From: Methanocaldococcus indicus
Lineage (GTDB): Archaea > AGJL01 > Methanococci > Methanococcales > Methanocaldococcaceae
Reading direction: 5' to 3'
NCBI RefSeq assembly: GCF_049554935.1
Contig: NZ_CP186926.1
Span: forward strand, 1,312,001 to 1,376,000
Length of the DNA stretch: 64,000 nt
The translations under genes were made by a program, and so were the position numbers. Below are positions 42,573-53,318 of this stretch, one piece after another (the first letter of the stretch is position 1; each line of letters begins with the position of its first letter). The notes beneath the pieces are model-generated. The model saw nothing but the letters and a program-made list of their open reading frames with translations, was not told the DNA's origin and searched no databases.

Positions 42573-43100
42573 GTGAGGGTTTTTTTAGCTATAGACATCC
42601 CAAAAGATATTAAAAATAAGATTTATGAACTACAAAAAGATTTTAAAATTAAGGGAATTAAGTTAGTGGAAAAAGAGAACTTACATATAACAGTTAAATT
42701 TTTGGGAGAAGTGGATGATAATACATTAAATAAAATATTAAACTTGAACTTAGAAATCCCTAAAACTAAAATTGAATTAAAAGGGTTAGGAACATTTCCA
42801 AATGAGAATTATATAAGAGTTATATGGATTGGAGTTTATGGGGAAGGATTAATAAACATTTTTAAAGAAATTGACAATAAATTAAATACTTTGGGATTTG
42901 AAAAAGAAAGAAGTTATGTACCTCATTTAACATTAGGTAGAGTTAAATTCATAGAGAACAAAAAACTTTTAAAAGAAAAAATTAATAAAAATAAAGATAT
43001 ATTTATTGGTGAGTTTGAAACTAACTCTATAAAACTTTATAAATCTACTCTAACACCAACAGGACCAATATATGAGGTAATAAAAGAATGGAAGAGCTAA
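42573..43100 (+). CDS. thpR: RNA 2',3'-cyclic phosphodiesterase (2H, LigT-like)
   Basis: 'LHITVKFLGE', 'PHLTLGR', 'STLTPTGPIY'. Confidence 0.93.
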   Translation: MRVFLAIDIPKDIKNKIYELQKDFKIKGIKLVEKENLHITVKFLGEVDDNTLNKILNLNLEIPKTKIELKGLGTFPNENYIRVIWIGVYGEGLINIFKEIDNKLNTLGFEKERSYVPHLTLGRVKFIENKKLLKEKINKNKDIFIGEFETNSIKLYKSTLTPTGPIYEVIKEWKS

Positions 43101-43558
43101 ATAAAAATCAAAAGATAATGCACTATATAATTCATTTACTGTCAAAAGATGATAAATGGGTTAGAAGAGAGGTTGTTCTTGCATTGATATATTATTTTAG
43201 TGAGAAAGGTTATTTAGATTATAAGTGTTCCCCTATGCCTCACATATGGAATGATAAAATTAAGTTTATAAATATATCTTATGAAGCTTTAGAAGATTTA
43301 AATTATATTATTAAGAACAATTATATTCAGGAGATACTTCTATCAGTTAGGGGATTAAGTTTATTTATTGTTGGGTATAAAGCAAAAAATAATATAAATT
43401 ATGATAATTTAGAGTATTTAGAAGATATAAAGAATTTTTTGAAAAACAAGGAGATTAAAATAGTTGAAAATGGAATAAAAGTTGGAGATGTAGAGATAGA
43501 TATAACTGAAATAAAACCAGTATCTTTTAAATCAAAAAGCTATATAATGGAGTTGTAA
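43088..43558 (+). CDS. Conserved hypothetical protein
   Basis: 156-aa ORF overlapping or abutting both neighbours, host codon usage. Confidence 0.75.
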   Translation: MEELNKNQKIMHYIIHLLSKDDKWVRREVVLALIYYFSEKGYLDYKCSPMPHIWNDKIKFINISYEALEDLNYIIKNNYIQEILLSVRGLSLFIVGYKAKNNINYDNLEYLEDIKNFLKNKEIKIVENGIKVGDVEIDITEIKPVSFKSKSYIMEL

Positions 43559-44506
43559 ATGAAAATCGAAAGCCCTTCAAGGATACACATAACATTGATA
43601 GATTTAAATGGAAGTATTGGAAGAGTTGATGGAGGAGTAGGATTAGCATTAGAGAATCCTAAAATAGTTATTGAAGGAAAAGAAGAAGATGAGATAATTA
43701 TTGAGGGAGAGATTAACAAGGATGTAGAAAAGAGGATATTTACAACAGCAAAAAAAATTTTAGATTATATAGATGAGAGAGGAGTATATTTAAAAGTTGA
43801 AAGTTTAATTCCTCAACATTCAGGATTAGGTAGTGGAACACAGATTAGTTTATCTGTTGGTAAGTTGATATCTAAAATTTACAATAAAGATTTAGATGTT
43901 TATGAGATAGCTAAACTAACTGGTAGAGGTGGAACATCTGGAATTGGAATTGGAGCTTTTAAGTTTGGAGGATTTTTAGTTGATGGAGGGCATAGCATAA
44001 AAGAAAAACCTTTCTTTAAACCTTCATCTGCTTCTAAGGGAATAACTCCTGCTCCTATATTAGTTAGATATAATTTTAATTGGGATACTATTCTCATTAT
44101 TCCAAAAGGAAGACATATATATGGTAATAAAGAAGTAGATATATTTAATAAATATTGTCCTATAAGATTGGAAGAAGTTAGGGAACTATCTCATCTAATT
44201 TTAATGAAAATTTTGCCTTCAATTGTTGAAGATGATTTAGAAAGTTTTGGAGAAGCAATAAATAGAATACAACATATAGGATTTAAGAAAGTAGAACTAT
44301 CCCTACAAACTCAGCCAGTTAAGGAAATTATTAAAGAGATACAAATAAACAACTATGCAGGATTGTCAAGTTTTGGGCCTACAATCTATGCCTATGGAGA
44401 TTATAAAGAAATAAAAGGTATTGTAAAAGAGATTTTTAGTAAATATAATATTGATGGAGATATATTGAAAGTTAAACCAAACAATATTGGATATAAAATT
44501 TGGTGA
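43559..44506 (+). CDS. mptG: beta-ribofuranosylaminobenzene 5'-phosphate synthase (methanopterin biosynthesis)
   Basis: 'PSRIHITLIDLNG..GRVDGG', 'H.GLGSGTQ', 'GRGGTSGIG', 'SSFGP'. Confidence 0.92.
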   Translation: MKIESPSRIHITLIDLNGSIGRVDGGVGLALENPKIVIEGKEEDEIIIEGEINKDVEKRIFTTAKKILDYIDERGVYLKVESLIPQHSGLGSGTQISLSVGKLISKIYNKDLDVYEIAKLTGRGGTSGIGIGAFKFGGFLVDGGHSIKEKPFFKPSSASKGITPAPILVRYNFNWDTILIIPKGRHIYGNKEVDIFNKYCPIRLEEVRELSHLILMKILPSIVEDDLESFGEAINRIQHIGFKKVELSLQTQPVKEIIKEIQINNYAGLSSFGPTIYAYGDYKEIKGIVKEIFSKYNIDGDILKVKPNNIGYKIW

Positions 44507-44514
44507 AGTGTAGT

Positions 44515-46218
44515 ATGGGATTAAATATTTTTAAAAAAATTAAAGAACTTATTGATTCAAAAAATAGAATTAAATATTCTGATGAACTAAAAAAAGCTGA
44601 GAAACTATTAGATGATGGGAAATATGAAGAGGCTATAAAGATATATGAAAAGTTAGAAAAAGAAGGTATTTTAAAAGGTTTAGATTATGCTAATGTTGCT
44701 TATGCATACTACAATATTGGAGATTTTGAAAAAGCACTAAATTATGTAAATAAAGCTCTAAAATATAAAGATAGGCCAGAATTGTGGTTTTTGAAAGGAC
44801 TTATATTATACAATCTAAAAAAATATGATAAAGCTTATGAACTGCTTGCTAAAAGTGCTATATACATTAAAAGAAGTGATGTTTATAAAGCTCTTGGAGA
44901 TATATTAGTTAAATTTGAGAAATATGAAGAAGCTTTAGAGAATTATTTAAAAGCATATAAATTAAATAATAAAAATTTAGAGGCTTTATATAATGCAGGT
45001 TTAATCCTATTACTTCTAAATAGAGTTGAAGAAGCTTATGAGATATTTAAAGAGATTTATACAAAGGAACCAAAATTCAAGAATCATGAAATATTTAAGG
45101 AGATTGAGAATTTTGTAGAGATAATAGACAATGATATATTTAGTAATATAAAATTAGGCATTAACTTTTTAGAGAATGATAAGCAAATTGAAGCATTAAA
45201 AGAATTTAATAAAGTTTTAGAAATTGACAAAAATAATGATTTTGCATATTATTATAAAGCAGTTGTTAAAGAAGATTTTTATGAATATGGCTTATCATTA
45301 GAAAATATAATAAATTCTTTAAATATTTTTGAAAGAAGTTATTTTTACTCAAAAAAAGGAGATATTTTATTAAGATTAAATAATTTAAATGAAGCGTTGG
45401 AATGTTATGAAATCTCTCTTTTAATAAATGAAAATAATATTTTTGCATATTTTGGCTTAGCATACACTTACTATAAAAAAGGAGATTATGAGAATTCTTT
45501 AAAATACTTTGATAAAGTTTTAGAGAATATCTCTTCTAATTTATCTAAAAAGATTGAGGCAATATTAATTTTATATTCTTTAATTTGTAAAGGAGATATA
45601 ACCAAAGAAGCTATTTTTTATAGAAAAGCTTTAGAGTTTTTAGATGATTATCATGATATGCCAATATGCATAAAAAAAATGAGGGCATATATAAACTACA
45701 AATTAGGAAATATTTCACAAGCAATTAATGATTACTTAGAAATATTAAACATATTTTTAGATAAAGATATTATAAAAAATGTTATTGCTCTATATATTGA
45801 AATTGGAAGAATTGATGAAGCTTTATACTATGCTGAAAAATATAAACACATTCTTGGAGAGGATTATATTGAAAAAATTAAGAACAATAAATTATCAATA
45901 GATTCTCCATTAAACCATTATCCAACAATATATTTTATTTTAGATGAAATTCCTTACCATGTTAGCATATTGTATAAGTATATTCATAAGAATCCGATAA
46001 TTTCATATTTATATGCAGAATATATTGAAAAATATATATTAGAGTTAGTTTATGATAATAGAAAAAAAGAACTGTTAAAAAAGCTTATAGACATTGTTAA
46101 GCACAATTTAGGTGAAGAGATGTACAAATTTATGAAATCTCCTGAAAACTATGTGCCTTCTAATAGTGTTATATATGAAATTAAAGATATTGTTATAAAT
46201 CTAAATGGAATTATATAA
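44515..46218 (+). CDS. Tetratricopeptide repeat protein
   Basis: Many TPR units (e.g. 'YKALGDILVKFEKYEEALENYLKAYKL'). Confidence 0.9.
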   Translation: MGLNIFKKIKELIDSKNRIKYSDELKKAEKLLDDGKYEEAIKIYEKLEKEGILKGLDYANVAYAYYNIGDFEKALNYVNKALKYKDRPELWFLKGLILYNLKKYDKAYELLAKSAIYIKRSDVYKALGDILVKFEKYEEALENYLKAYKLNNKNLEALYNAGLILLLLNRVEEAYEIFKEIYTKEPKFKNHEIFKEIENFVEIIDNDIFSNIKLGINFLENDKQIEALKEFNKVLEIDKNNDFAYYYKAVVKEDFYEYGLSLENIINSLNIFERSYFYSKKGDILLRLNNLNEALECYEISLLINENNIFAYFGLAYTYYKKGDYENSLKYFDKVLENISSNLSKKIEAILILYSLICKGDITKEAIFYRKALEFLDDYHDMPICIKKMRAYINYKLGNISQAINDYLEILNIFLDKDIIKNVIALYIEIGRIDEALYYAEKYKHILGEDYIEKIKNNKLSIDSPLNHYPTIYFILDEIPYHVSILYKYIHKNPIISYLYAEYIEKYILELVYDNRKKELLKKLIDIVKHNLGEEMYKFMKSPENYVPSNSVIYEIKDIVINLNGII

Positions 46219-46246
46219 AAATCTTTTGTTATTTGGGGGATTCAGT

Positions 46247-47728
46247 ATGAAAATTATTGAAAAAACAACTGCCAACACATGTTACATAGGGAGTGAAACA
46301 CCCTTAGAGTTAGGAGAGTATTTACTATTAAAAAACTTCAAAAATGAAAATGTCTTAGGAATTGTAAAGGATATTGAATTTAAAGATAACATCTTTATAA
46401 ACTCTATTAAAATTGTTGGAGTTCTAAAAGATAACAAGATATTTATTAACAAAAGTCCTATAAATCCAAACAGTCCAGCATTAATAGCAAGTGATGAAAT
46501 TCTTAAACAAATATTTTATATTCCTGATGGAATCACTATAGGACATCTTCTAACAAGAAAAAGTATTAGAGTTGCATTAGATACTAACAAATTAATATCA
46601 AGACATTTTGCTATTTTATCTATAACTGGTGGAGGGAAATCTAATACTGTAGCTGTTTTATGTAAAGAGTTGGCCAAAAAGAATGCTACCATTATTATAA
46701 TTGACCCACATGGGGAATATGCAAATTTATCTCATGAGGAGTTGTATGGAAAAGTCAATGTTATAATTCCAAGTATAAATCCTTCATTTTTGACAGCTGA
46801 GGAGCTTTCTGTGATGTTGGGAATAAATAATGAAGAGATGAAGATTTATCTAAAATATGCATATGACACTATAAAATATGAAAGAAAATCTGGACATGAG
46901 TTTATAAATTCACTCATAGATTTGTTATATTCTTGGGTTCAAGCAGCTGAAGTAGGTTGGGAGATAAAGTATTACAACACATACAAAAGAAAATATGAAA
47001 GAAAAAAAGTAGAAGGTAAAGATTTTCAAATATTATCTTCATTATATAATTTAATGAACAATTTCTTAGAAGAATTTTCTTTGTTTATTAGTGATACTGA
47101 TATTATAGAGCAACTTAAACCAAATAAGATAAATGTAATTAATCTATCTGGGTTAGAGTTACATCAAATGCTAAGCATTGTTAGTTATATCTCAAAAGAA
47201 ATACTAACAAAAAGGATATTATATATAAAATCTTTAAAAGACCTAAATTGTAAAAATGAGAGAGTTAGAGAATTGGCTATAAAGAATTTAGAGACCATCA
47301 GAATGAAATATTCAATAGTAACTAAACCATTATTGTTAATTGTTGAAGAGGCACACATATTTATTCCACGAGATGAAAAAACATCAACAAGTTTATGGTT
47401 AGGTAAGATAGCAAGAGAAGGTAGAAAGTTTGGAATAGGTTTAGGCTTGGTTAGTCAAAGACCTAAACAACTAAATCCAGATGTTCTCTCTCAAACAGGA
47501 ACAAAGATTGTTCTAAGGATTGTTGAACCAGAAGACCAGAAGTATATACAAAAAGTTAGTGAAGATTTAGCAGAAGATTTAACTAAGGATTTAGCTTCCT
47601 TAGATATTGGAGAGGCTTTAATATTTGGTATTGCTGTTAATCTTCCTGCAATTGTTAAGATTGATAAATTTGACGGAGTTTATGGTGGAAAAGATATTGA
47701 TATAGTTGGTGAATGGAGAGGATTTTAA
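46247..47728 (+). CDS. HerA/FtsK-superfamily ATPase (DUF87) with HAS-barrel-like N-terminus
   Basis: Walker A 'SITGGGKSN', 'DPHGEY', Walker B 'IVEEAH', 'AREGRKFG', 'SQRP'. Confidence 0.9.
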   Translation: MKIIEKTTANTCYIGSETPLELGEYLLLKNFKNENVLGIVKDIEFKDNIFINSIKIVGVLKDNKIFINKSPINPNSPALIASDEILKQIFYIPDGITIGHLLTRKSIRVALDTNKLISRHFAILSITGGGKSNTVAVLCKELAKKNATIIIIDPHGEYANLSHEELYGKVNVIIPSINPSFLTAEELSVMLGINNEEMKIYLKYAYDTIKYERKSGHEFINSLIDLLYSWVQAAEVGWEIKYYNTYKRKYERKKVEGKDFQILSSLYNLMNNFLEEFSLFISDTDIIEQLKPNKINVINLSGLELHQMLSIVSYISKEILTKRILYIKSLKDLNCKNERVRELAIKNLETIRMKYSIVTKPLLLIVEEAHIFIPRDEKTSTSLWLGKIAREGRKFGIGLGLVSQRPKQLNPDVLSQTGTKIVLRIVEPEDQKYIQKVSEDLAEDLTKDLASLDIGEALIFGIAVNLPAIVKIDKFDGVYGGKDIDIVGEWRGF

Positions 47729-48090
47729 TGGAACTAAAATTTAGAAATATTGATGGAGAGAAGTTAATTATAGCAATAACTATGGACAAAAATAAGAATA
47801 TTTTAATGGTTGCTTTTATGAATGAAGAGGCATTAAAGAAAACATTAGAAACTGGTTATATGCACTACTACTCAACAAGTAGAAAAAAACTCTGGAAAAA
47901 AGGAGAAGAAAGTGGAAATTATCAAAAAGTTTTAGAGATTTATGGTGATTGTGATAAAGATTGTTTATTATTTATAGTTGAGCAGAAAGGAGTAGCATGT
48001 CATGAGGGATACTATTCCTGTTTTCACTATAAATTAGAGGGTGATAGGTGGATTATTAAGGAAATTTTCAAAAAAGGTGATAATGATTGA
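47728..48090 (+). CDS. hisI: Phosphoribosyl-AMP cyclohydrolase
   Basis: '[13 protein letters not shown]', 'DCDKD', '[10 protein letters not shown]'; TAATG coupling with upstream gene. Confidence 0.96.
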   Translation: MELKFRNIDGEKLIIAITMDKNKNILMVAFMNEEALKKTLETGYMHYYSTSRKKLWKKGEESGNYQKVLEIYGDCDKDCLLFIVEQKGVACHEGYYSCFHYKLEGDRWIIKEIFKKGDND

Positions 48091-49193
48091 GTATAGAAGA
48101 AGAGATTAGAAAGTTAGAGGAGGAAATTAAAAATACTCCATATAATAAAGCAACACAAAAACACATTGCAAAATTAAAGGCTAAATTAGCAAAATTAAGG
48201 GAAAAAGCTCAATCATCAAAGAAAGGTGGTGGAGGAAAAGGTTATGCAGTTAAAAAGAGTGGAGATGCTACTGTTGCATTAGTAGGATTCCCATCTGTTG
48301 GTAAATCAACTCTTTTAAATAAATTAACTAATGCTGAATCTGAGACAGGAGAGTATGCTTTTACAACATTAACAATAATTCCAGGGATAATGGAATATAA
48401 AGGAGCTAAAATACAAATTTTAGATGCTCCAGGGATTATAGAAGGAGCTTCTTCTGGAAAAGGTAGAGGGACAGAGGTTTTAGCAGCAGTTAGAAGTGCA
48501 GATTTAATACTATTAACTGTTGATGTATTTAGCTTAGAGCATCTTCCAATTATTGAAAAGGAGTTATACAATGTTGGAATTAGGTTAGATAAGAAAAAAC
48601 CAGATGTTAAAATAGTAGTTAAAGATAGAGGAGGTATTAATGTATCTTCAACAGTTCCACTAACTAAGTTAGATAAAGAAACAATAGAAGCTATATTAAA
48701 TGAATATAAAATTCACAATGCTGATGTGATTATAAGAGAAGATATATCTGTTGAGGAGTTTATTGATGTAGTTGCAGGAAATAGAGTTTATATACCTTCA
48801 TTGGTTGTTGTTAATAAAGTTGATTTGATAGATGAAGAATATAAAAAATATTTAGAAGAGAAGTTAAAAGAATATGGAAAGGATTATGTTTTTGTTTCAG
48901 GAAATAAAGAGATTAATTTAGATTTATTAAAGGAGAAAATTTACAACAAATTAGGATTTATTAAAATATATTTAAAACCACAAGGAAAAAAACCAGATTT
49001 TGATGAACCACTTATAATAAGGAAAGGAGCAACTGTAAAAGATGTCTGTGAAAAGTTACATAGAGATTTTGTTAAGAATTTTAGATATGCATTAGTTTGG
49101 GGAAAATCAGCTAAACATCCAGGGCAAAGAGTTGGATTAGACCATAAATTAGAAGATGAGGATATCTTAACTATTGTTATAAAAAGGACATAA
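48087..49193 (+). CDS. DRG/OBG-family GTPase with TGS domain
   Basis: 'NKAT..H', 'GFPSVGKST', 'YAFTT', 'NKVD', 'WGKSAKH'. Confidence 0.95.
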   Translation: MSIEEEIRKLEEEIKNTPYNKATQKHIAKLKAKLAKLREKAQSSKKGGGGKGYAVKKSGDATVALVGFPSVGKSTLLNKLTNAESETGEYAFTTLTIIPGIMEYKGAKIQILDAPGIIEGASSGKGRGTEVLAAVRSADLILLTVDVFSLEHLPIIEKELYNVGIRLDKKKPDVKIVVKDRGGINVSSTVPLTKLDKETIEAILNEYKIHNADVIIREDISVEEFIDVVAGNRVYIPSLVVVNKVDLIDEEYKKYLEEKLKEYGKDYVFVSGNKEINLDLLKEKIYNKLGFIKIYLKPQGKKPDFDEPLIIRKGATVKDVCEKLHRDFVKNFRYALVWGKSAKHPGQRVGLDHKLEDEDILTIVIKRT

Positions 49194-49232
49194 AATAAAA
49201 TTTTATAAAATTTATTTTTACAAGTGTTAGAC

Positions 49233-50336
49233 ATGTATGATTATGCAATAGTTGGTAGTGGAGTAGCAGGATGTACATTGGCAAAAGAGTTATCTGGAAA
49301 AAAAATAGTTATTGAGAAAGGAGAGAAACCTAAATATGTTGGAGAAGGAAAAAATGTACTTGTAAATTATGTTGTTGGTTTGGGAGGAAGTGCTGTATTC
49401 TCTGTTGGAAATGCAATAAAATTAAAAATTAAAGGATATAAGATTGAGAAAGATATATATGATGAGATTTTTGAAGAACTTAATATTAAAGAAGCAGATA
49501 ATACATTTTTAAATGATATAGATAAAGAATTTTTAAATTTTGGATTTAAAAAAACTCCAAAATTTATAGATTTTGAAAAATGCAATAAATGTGGAAAATG
49601 TGCCTCAAAAATATGTAATGCAAAATGGACTCCTCTAAATTTTTTAAAACAATCAGATGCAGATATTATAACAAACTTTAACATAATAAAAATTGAAAAG
49701 GAAAAAGAATATTTTATTATATACTGTAAAAATAAAAAAATTAAAGCTAAAAATATTGTTCTCTCAGCTGGAGCAATAAATTCAGCAAGAATTTTAAAAT
49801 CTTTATATGACTATGAAGAAATAGGAAAGAATCTTTTTGTAGATACATTTATAACTGTTGGAGGAATTCTAAAAGATAGTTATTTAAATGAAGATGTCCC
49901 TATGCTTGTCTATAAAGATTATGATGACTTTATATTAGCTACACACTACTCTTCCCTTCTATATAAAGAAATTAAAAAAGAACATAAAGATATAAGAAGT
50001 AAGGATATAGTTGGGCTTATGATAAAAATTAAGGATGAAATGGAGGGAAAAGTTTTAAAAAACAATATAAAAAAAGAAATATCCAAGGAGGATTTAAAAC
50101 TCTTAGTAAGAGGAATTAGTAAAGCAACTAAATATATAAATAAATTAGGTGTTGAGGAGATATATTCTACAATTCCAAGAGGTTCTCATCCTTCTGGAAC
50201 ATTAAGTTTTATAAAAGATTTTATGTTTGAAGATATCTATGTATGTGATAGCTCTCTATTTAAAGAACCATTAGGAAAACCACCAGTAGTATCAATAATT
50301 GCATTAGCAAAAAAACTAAGTAGAGAGTTATCATGA
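49233..50336 (+). CDS. GMC-family FAD oxidoreductase with Cys cluster
   Basis: 'IVGSGVAG', 'GLGGS', 'CNKCGKC....C', 'LSAGAINS', 'HPSGT', 'VCDSS'. Confidence 0.8.
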   Translation: MYDYAIVGSGVAGCTLAKELSGKKIVIEKGEKPKYVGEGKNVLVNYVVGLGGSAVFSVGNAIKLKIKGYKIEKDIYDEIFEELNIKEADNTFLNDIDKEFLNFGFKKTPKFIDFEKCNKCGKCASKICNAKWTPLNFLKQSDADIITNFNIIKIEKEKEYFIIYCKNKKIKAKNIVLSAGAINSARILKSLYDYEEIGKNLFVDTFITVGGILKDSYLNEDVPMLVYKDYDDFILATHYSSLLYKEIKKEHKDIRSKDIVGLMIKIKDEMEGKVLKNNIKKEISKEDLKLLVRGISKATKYINKLGVEEIYSTIPRGSHPSGTLSFIKDFMFEDIYVCDSSLFKEPLGKPPVVSIIALAKKLSRELS

Positions 50337-50899
50337 GCTTTGATATAGATAAAAAAAGGGTTTTATCAGATTTAGAGTTATGTATTAGAGAAGGATTAGT
50401 TGATAAAGAAATAATTCCAATTTTAGAGAAAATAAATAAATTAGATAATTACTATACAACATCAAGCTGTATAGGTAGAATAGGGTTAATGGTAATTCCA
50501 AAAGATAAGAATCCAAAAATATACTCAAAATGGTTAATAAAAAAGCATGATTATCCAACATTTGAAGAAATAAAAAACTCTATAACTGATTTTGATGGTT
50601 ACTTAATATTTATTATGAACTCTCCAATATTGCATATTGCTTGTAGAGATATAGAATCAGCTAAAAAATTGTTAGATTTAGCTATTCACTCTGGATTAAA
50701 AGCATCATCTATAAAATCAGTAAGTAAAAGAAGAGTTATTGTTGAGATTCTTACAACATTTAAGGTAGATGCTCCTATTGGAGAAGATAATAAAGTTTTT
50801 GTATCTGATGAATATTTAAAATTTTTATTAAATTATAGTATTAAAAAACTAAAATTAGCAAGAGAAAAATTATTTAAATTTTATGACAATTTAAAATGA
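50333..50899 (+). CDS. taw3: tRNA wyosine methyltransferase Taw3/TYW3
   Basis: 'VD..I', 'YTTSSCIGR', 'PILHIAC'. Confidence 0.92.
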   Translation: MSFDIDKKRVLSDLELCIREGLVDKEIIPILEKINKLDNYYTTSSCIGRIGLMVIPKDKNPKIYSKWLIKKHDYPTFEEIKNSITDFDGYLIFIMNSPILHIACRDIESAKKLLDLAIHSGLKASSIKSVSKRRVIVEILTTFKVDAPIGEDNKVFVSDEYLKFLLNYSIKKLKLAREKLFKFYDNLK

Positions 50900-50924
50900 T
50901 TAATTATTATTTTAAGGTGAGATT

Positions 50925-51776
50925 ATGGAATGTGATGGAAAATGTGACTCTTGCAGTTTAAAAGATAAATGTCCTGATACTAAAAAGTTATTAGCTATGC
51001 AAAATGCTAAGATTAAAGAAAGAATGAGTAAAATAAAACATAAAATTGCTATTTTAAGTGGTAAAGGAGGTGTTGGAAAATCAACAGTAACTGTAAATTT
51101 AGCAGCTGCTTTAGCTCAAAGAGGTAAAAAAGTTGGTATTTTAGATGCTGATATCCATGGTCCAAACATTCCAAAAATGTTAGGATTGGATGGAGATGTG
51201 TTAGTTGGAGAAAATGGAATAATTCCTTTACAAAAAGGAAACATTAAGGTAATGTCTATATCCTTCTTACTTCCAGATGAAAAAACTCCTGTTATATGGA
51301 GAGGACCAAAAGTTTCAGGGGCTATAAGACAGTTTTTAGCTGATGTGGATTGGGGAGAATTAGATTATTTATTAATAGATACTCCACCAGGAACTGGAGA
51401 TGTTCAACTAACAATTATGCAATCTCTACCATTAGATGGAGCTATAATAGTTACAACACCAGAAGAGATTTCTCTATTAGATGTCAAAAAATCTATATCT
51501 ATGTGTAATATGCTAAATATTCCAATAATTGGAATTATTGAAAATATGTCTGGATTTGTCTGTCCAAAGTGTGGAGAGATTGTATATATATTTGGAAAAG
51601 GAGGGGGAGAAAAAGCTGCAAAAGAGTTTAATATAGAATTTTTAGGAAGAATACCATTAGATGTAAAGGCAAGAGAAGCTGCTGAAAAAGGAATACCTAT
51701 GGTAGAAATAGATTGTAAAGCAAAAGAAGAATTTTTAAAGATAGTTGATAAAATTATAGAAAAGGTAGAAAAATAA
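50925..51776 (+). CDS. Mrp/Nbp35/ApbC Fe-S cluster carrier ATPase
   Basis: N-terminal 4-Cys motif, 'SGKGGVGKST', 'WRGP', 'DTPPGTGD', 'ENMS...CPKC'. Confidence 0.94.
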   Translation: MECDGKCDSCSLKDKCPDTKKLLAMQNAKIKERMSKIKHKIAILSGKGGVGKSTVTVNLAAALAQRGKKVGILDADIHGPNIPKMLGLDGDVLVGENGIIPLQKGNIKVMSISFLLPDEKTPVIWRGPKVSGAIRQFLADVDWGELDYLLIDTPPGTGDVQLTIMQSLPLDGAIIVTTPEEISLLDVKKSISMCNMLNIPIIGIIENMSGFVCPKCGEIVYIFGKGGGEKAAKEFNIEFLGRIPLDVKAREAAEKGIPMVEIDCKAKEEFLKIVDKIIEKVEK

Positions 51777-51791
51777 ATAATTAAAAAATAA

Positions 51792-51974
51792 TTATAATAG
51801 ATGTCTTCCACATCTTCTACCTCTTCCAGGACCTAAACCTCTCCCACCAGCATCTATTCTATGAATATACTCTGCTGGAGCTCCACAGTATGGACATTTT
51901 TCTGGTTTTGGAACTCCATAAGGAACTTCTATAACTTTTTGACATTTAGAACATAAAAATTTTTTCATTTCCAA
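51792..51974 (-). CDS. Small zinc-ribbon protein with Gly/Arg tail
   Basis: CSKC...CPYCG, then 'GGRGLGPGRGRRCG'. Confidence 0.8.
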   Translation of the reverse strand: MEMKKFLCSKCQKVIEVPYGVPKPEKCPYCGAPAEYIHRIDAGGRGLGPGRGRRCGRHLL

Positions 51975-51975
51975 G

Positions 51976-52284
51976 TTACTCCCCTCTTTTTAGTTCTTCT
52001 AATCTTTTTTTAATTCTTGCTAATTCTTCTTCTAACATTCTTTTTTCTTCTTCCAACTCTCTTATAGTTTCTTCTAAATAAGCTTTTTCATCAGCATATC
52101 TTGGAACATATCCACTATATAAGTCCCAGGCATGGACTAATGCTCCAGTTTTTTCATCTATATAGAATGCATGAGGTCCTAACCCACATCTGCATGGTCC
52201 AACATATCTGTATCTTCCTCCAACTGCTCTAAATGGGTAGTATCTCCAAAATCTTCTACCAAATCCTCTTCCCCATCCGAACAT
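51976..52284 (-). CDS. DUF5320-like Gly/Arg-rich coiled-coil protein
   Basis: 'GWGRGFGRR', 'GPCRCGLGPH', C-terminal 'E...LEE...LEEEL..IKKRLEEL'. Confidence 0.75.
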   Translation of the reverse strand: MFGWGRGFGRRFWRYYPFRAVGGRYRYVGPCRCGLGPHAFYIDEKTGALVHAWDLYSGYVPRYADEKAYLEETIRELEEEKRMLEEELARIKKRLEELKRGE

Positions 52285-52387
52285 TTCCTATCACCTCAAC
52301 TTTTTCTAATATATCACATATGAGAACTAATATATAAACTTTTCTATTTTATTAATTTAAATATATGAATTTAAAATTTTAAAAAAA

Positions 52388-53104
52388 TTATTTTTTCATA
52401 GCTCTAATCTTTTTAATTAATAATTCATCATCTTCATTATTTTCTTCTTTTTTAATTCTCTTTATTTTATCTTCTTCTTCCCATTTTTTTCCAGTGTATC
52501 TCTTACAAATTATATATGATTCAGCACTTTCTTTTCTTGAAGCTCTTGGTTTAGAGATATAAACTTTCTCAAAATACTTCTCAGCTAATTTAACTAAATC
52601 ATCAACCATATCCCCATAAAACACCTTAGCTAAGAATCTACCTCTCTCTTTTAATAGTTCTGTTGATATCTGCATAGCTGTTTTAACTAAATCTACTGAA
52701 CGAGCATGGTCTATATCCCAATATCCAGAAATATTAGGAGAGGCATCTGAGATAACTACATCAGCTTTATCTGGAAGAAGATTTTTTATTTTTAATATAT
52801 TTTCCTCTAATGTAAAATCTCCCTTAATTGCTTTAACATTGTCATATCCTAAACTTTTGACAGGTTGTAAATCTATTCCTACAACAAAACCCTTTTCCCC
52901 TACTAATTCTCTTGCTGCTTGTAACCATCCTCCTGGAGCACATCCTAAATCTACAACAATATTTCCTGGTTTAATAATATTAAATTTTTCATTTAGCTGG
53001 AAAAGTTTAAAAGCTGCTCTACTTCTATAATTAAGTTTTTTAGCTAAATTATAATAAAAATCTTTTTTTCTTTTTAAAATCCATCTTTTATCTTTCCTTC
53101 CCAT
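52388..53104 (-). CDS. rlmE: 23S rRNA 2'-O-methyltransferase RlmE/FtsJ
   Basis: 'YRSRAAFKL', 'DLGCAPGGW', 'SDASP', 'KP.ASR.ES.E'. Confidence 0.95.
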   Translation of the reverse strand: MGRKDKRWILKRKKDFYYNLAKKLNYRSRAAFKLFQLNEKFNIIKPGNIVVDLGCAPGGWLQAARELVGEKGFVVGIDLQPVKSLGYDNVKAIKGDFTLEENILKIKNLLPDKADVVISDASPNISGYWDIDHARSVDLVKTAMQISTELLKERGRFLAKVFYGDMVDDLVKLAEKYFEKVYISKPRASRKESAESYIICKRYTGKKWEEEDKIKRIKKEENNEDDELLIKKIRAMKK

Positions 53105-53141
53105 AATCTCACAAAAAATAATAAAAAATTTTAATAAAAAA

Positions 53142-53312
53142 TTATAATTGCTCCTTAACTTTGTTATTGAGTTCTTTTAATTTATTATATAGATTTTCAT
53201 ACTCTTTATAATCTAAATTTAGCTCTTTCATCAAGCTTATTATACTTTCAAAATGTTCCTCTGTGTGCTCTAAAACATGAATAAGTTTTTTAACCAATCT
53301 CTCTCTTTCCAT
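53142..53312 (-). CDS. Small helical protein, 56 aa (below ORF-track cutoff)
   Basis: ATG 6 nt after DUF371 stop; [56 protein letters not shown] fills the gap. Confidence 0.75.
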   Translation of the reverse strand: MERERLVKKLIHVLEHTEEHFESIISLMKELNLDYKEYENLYNKLKELNNKVKEQL

Positions 53313-53318
53313 AATATA

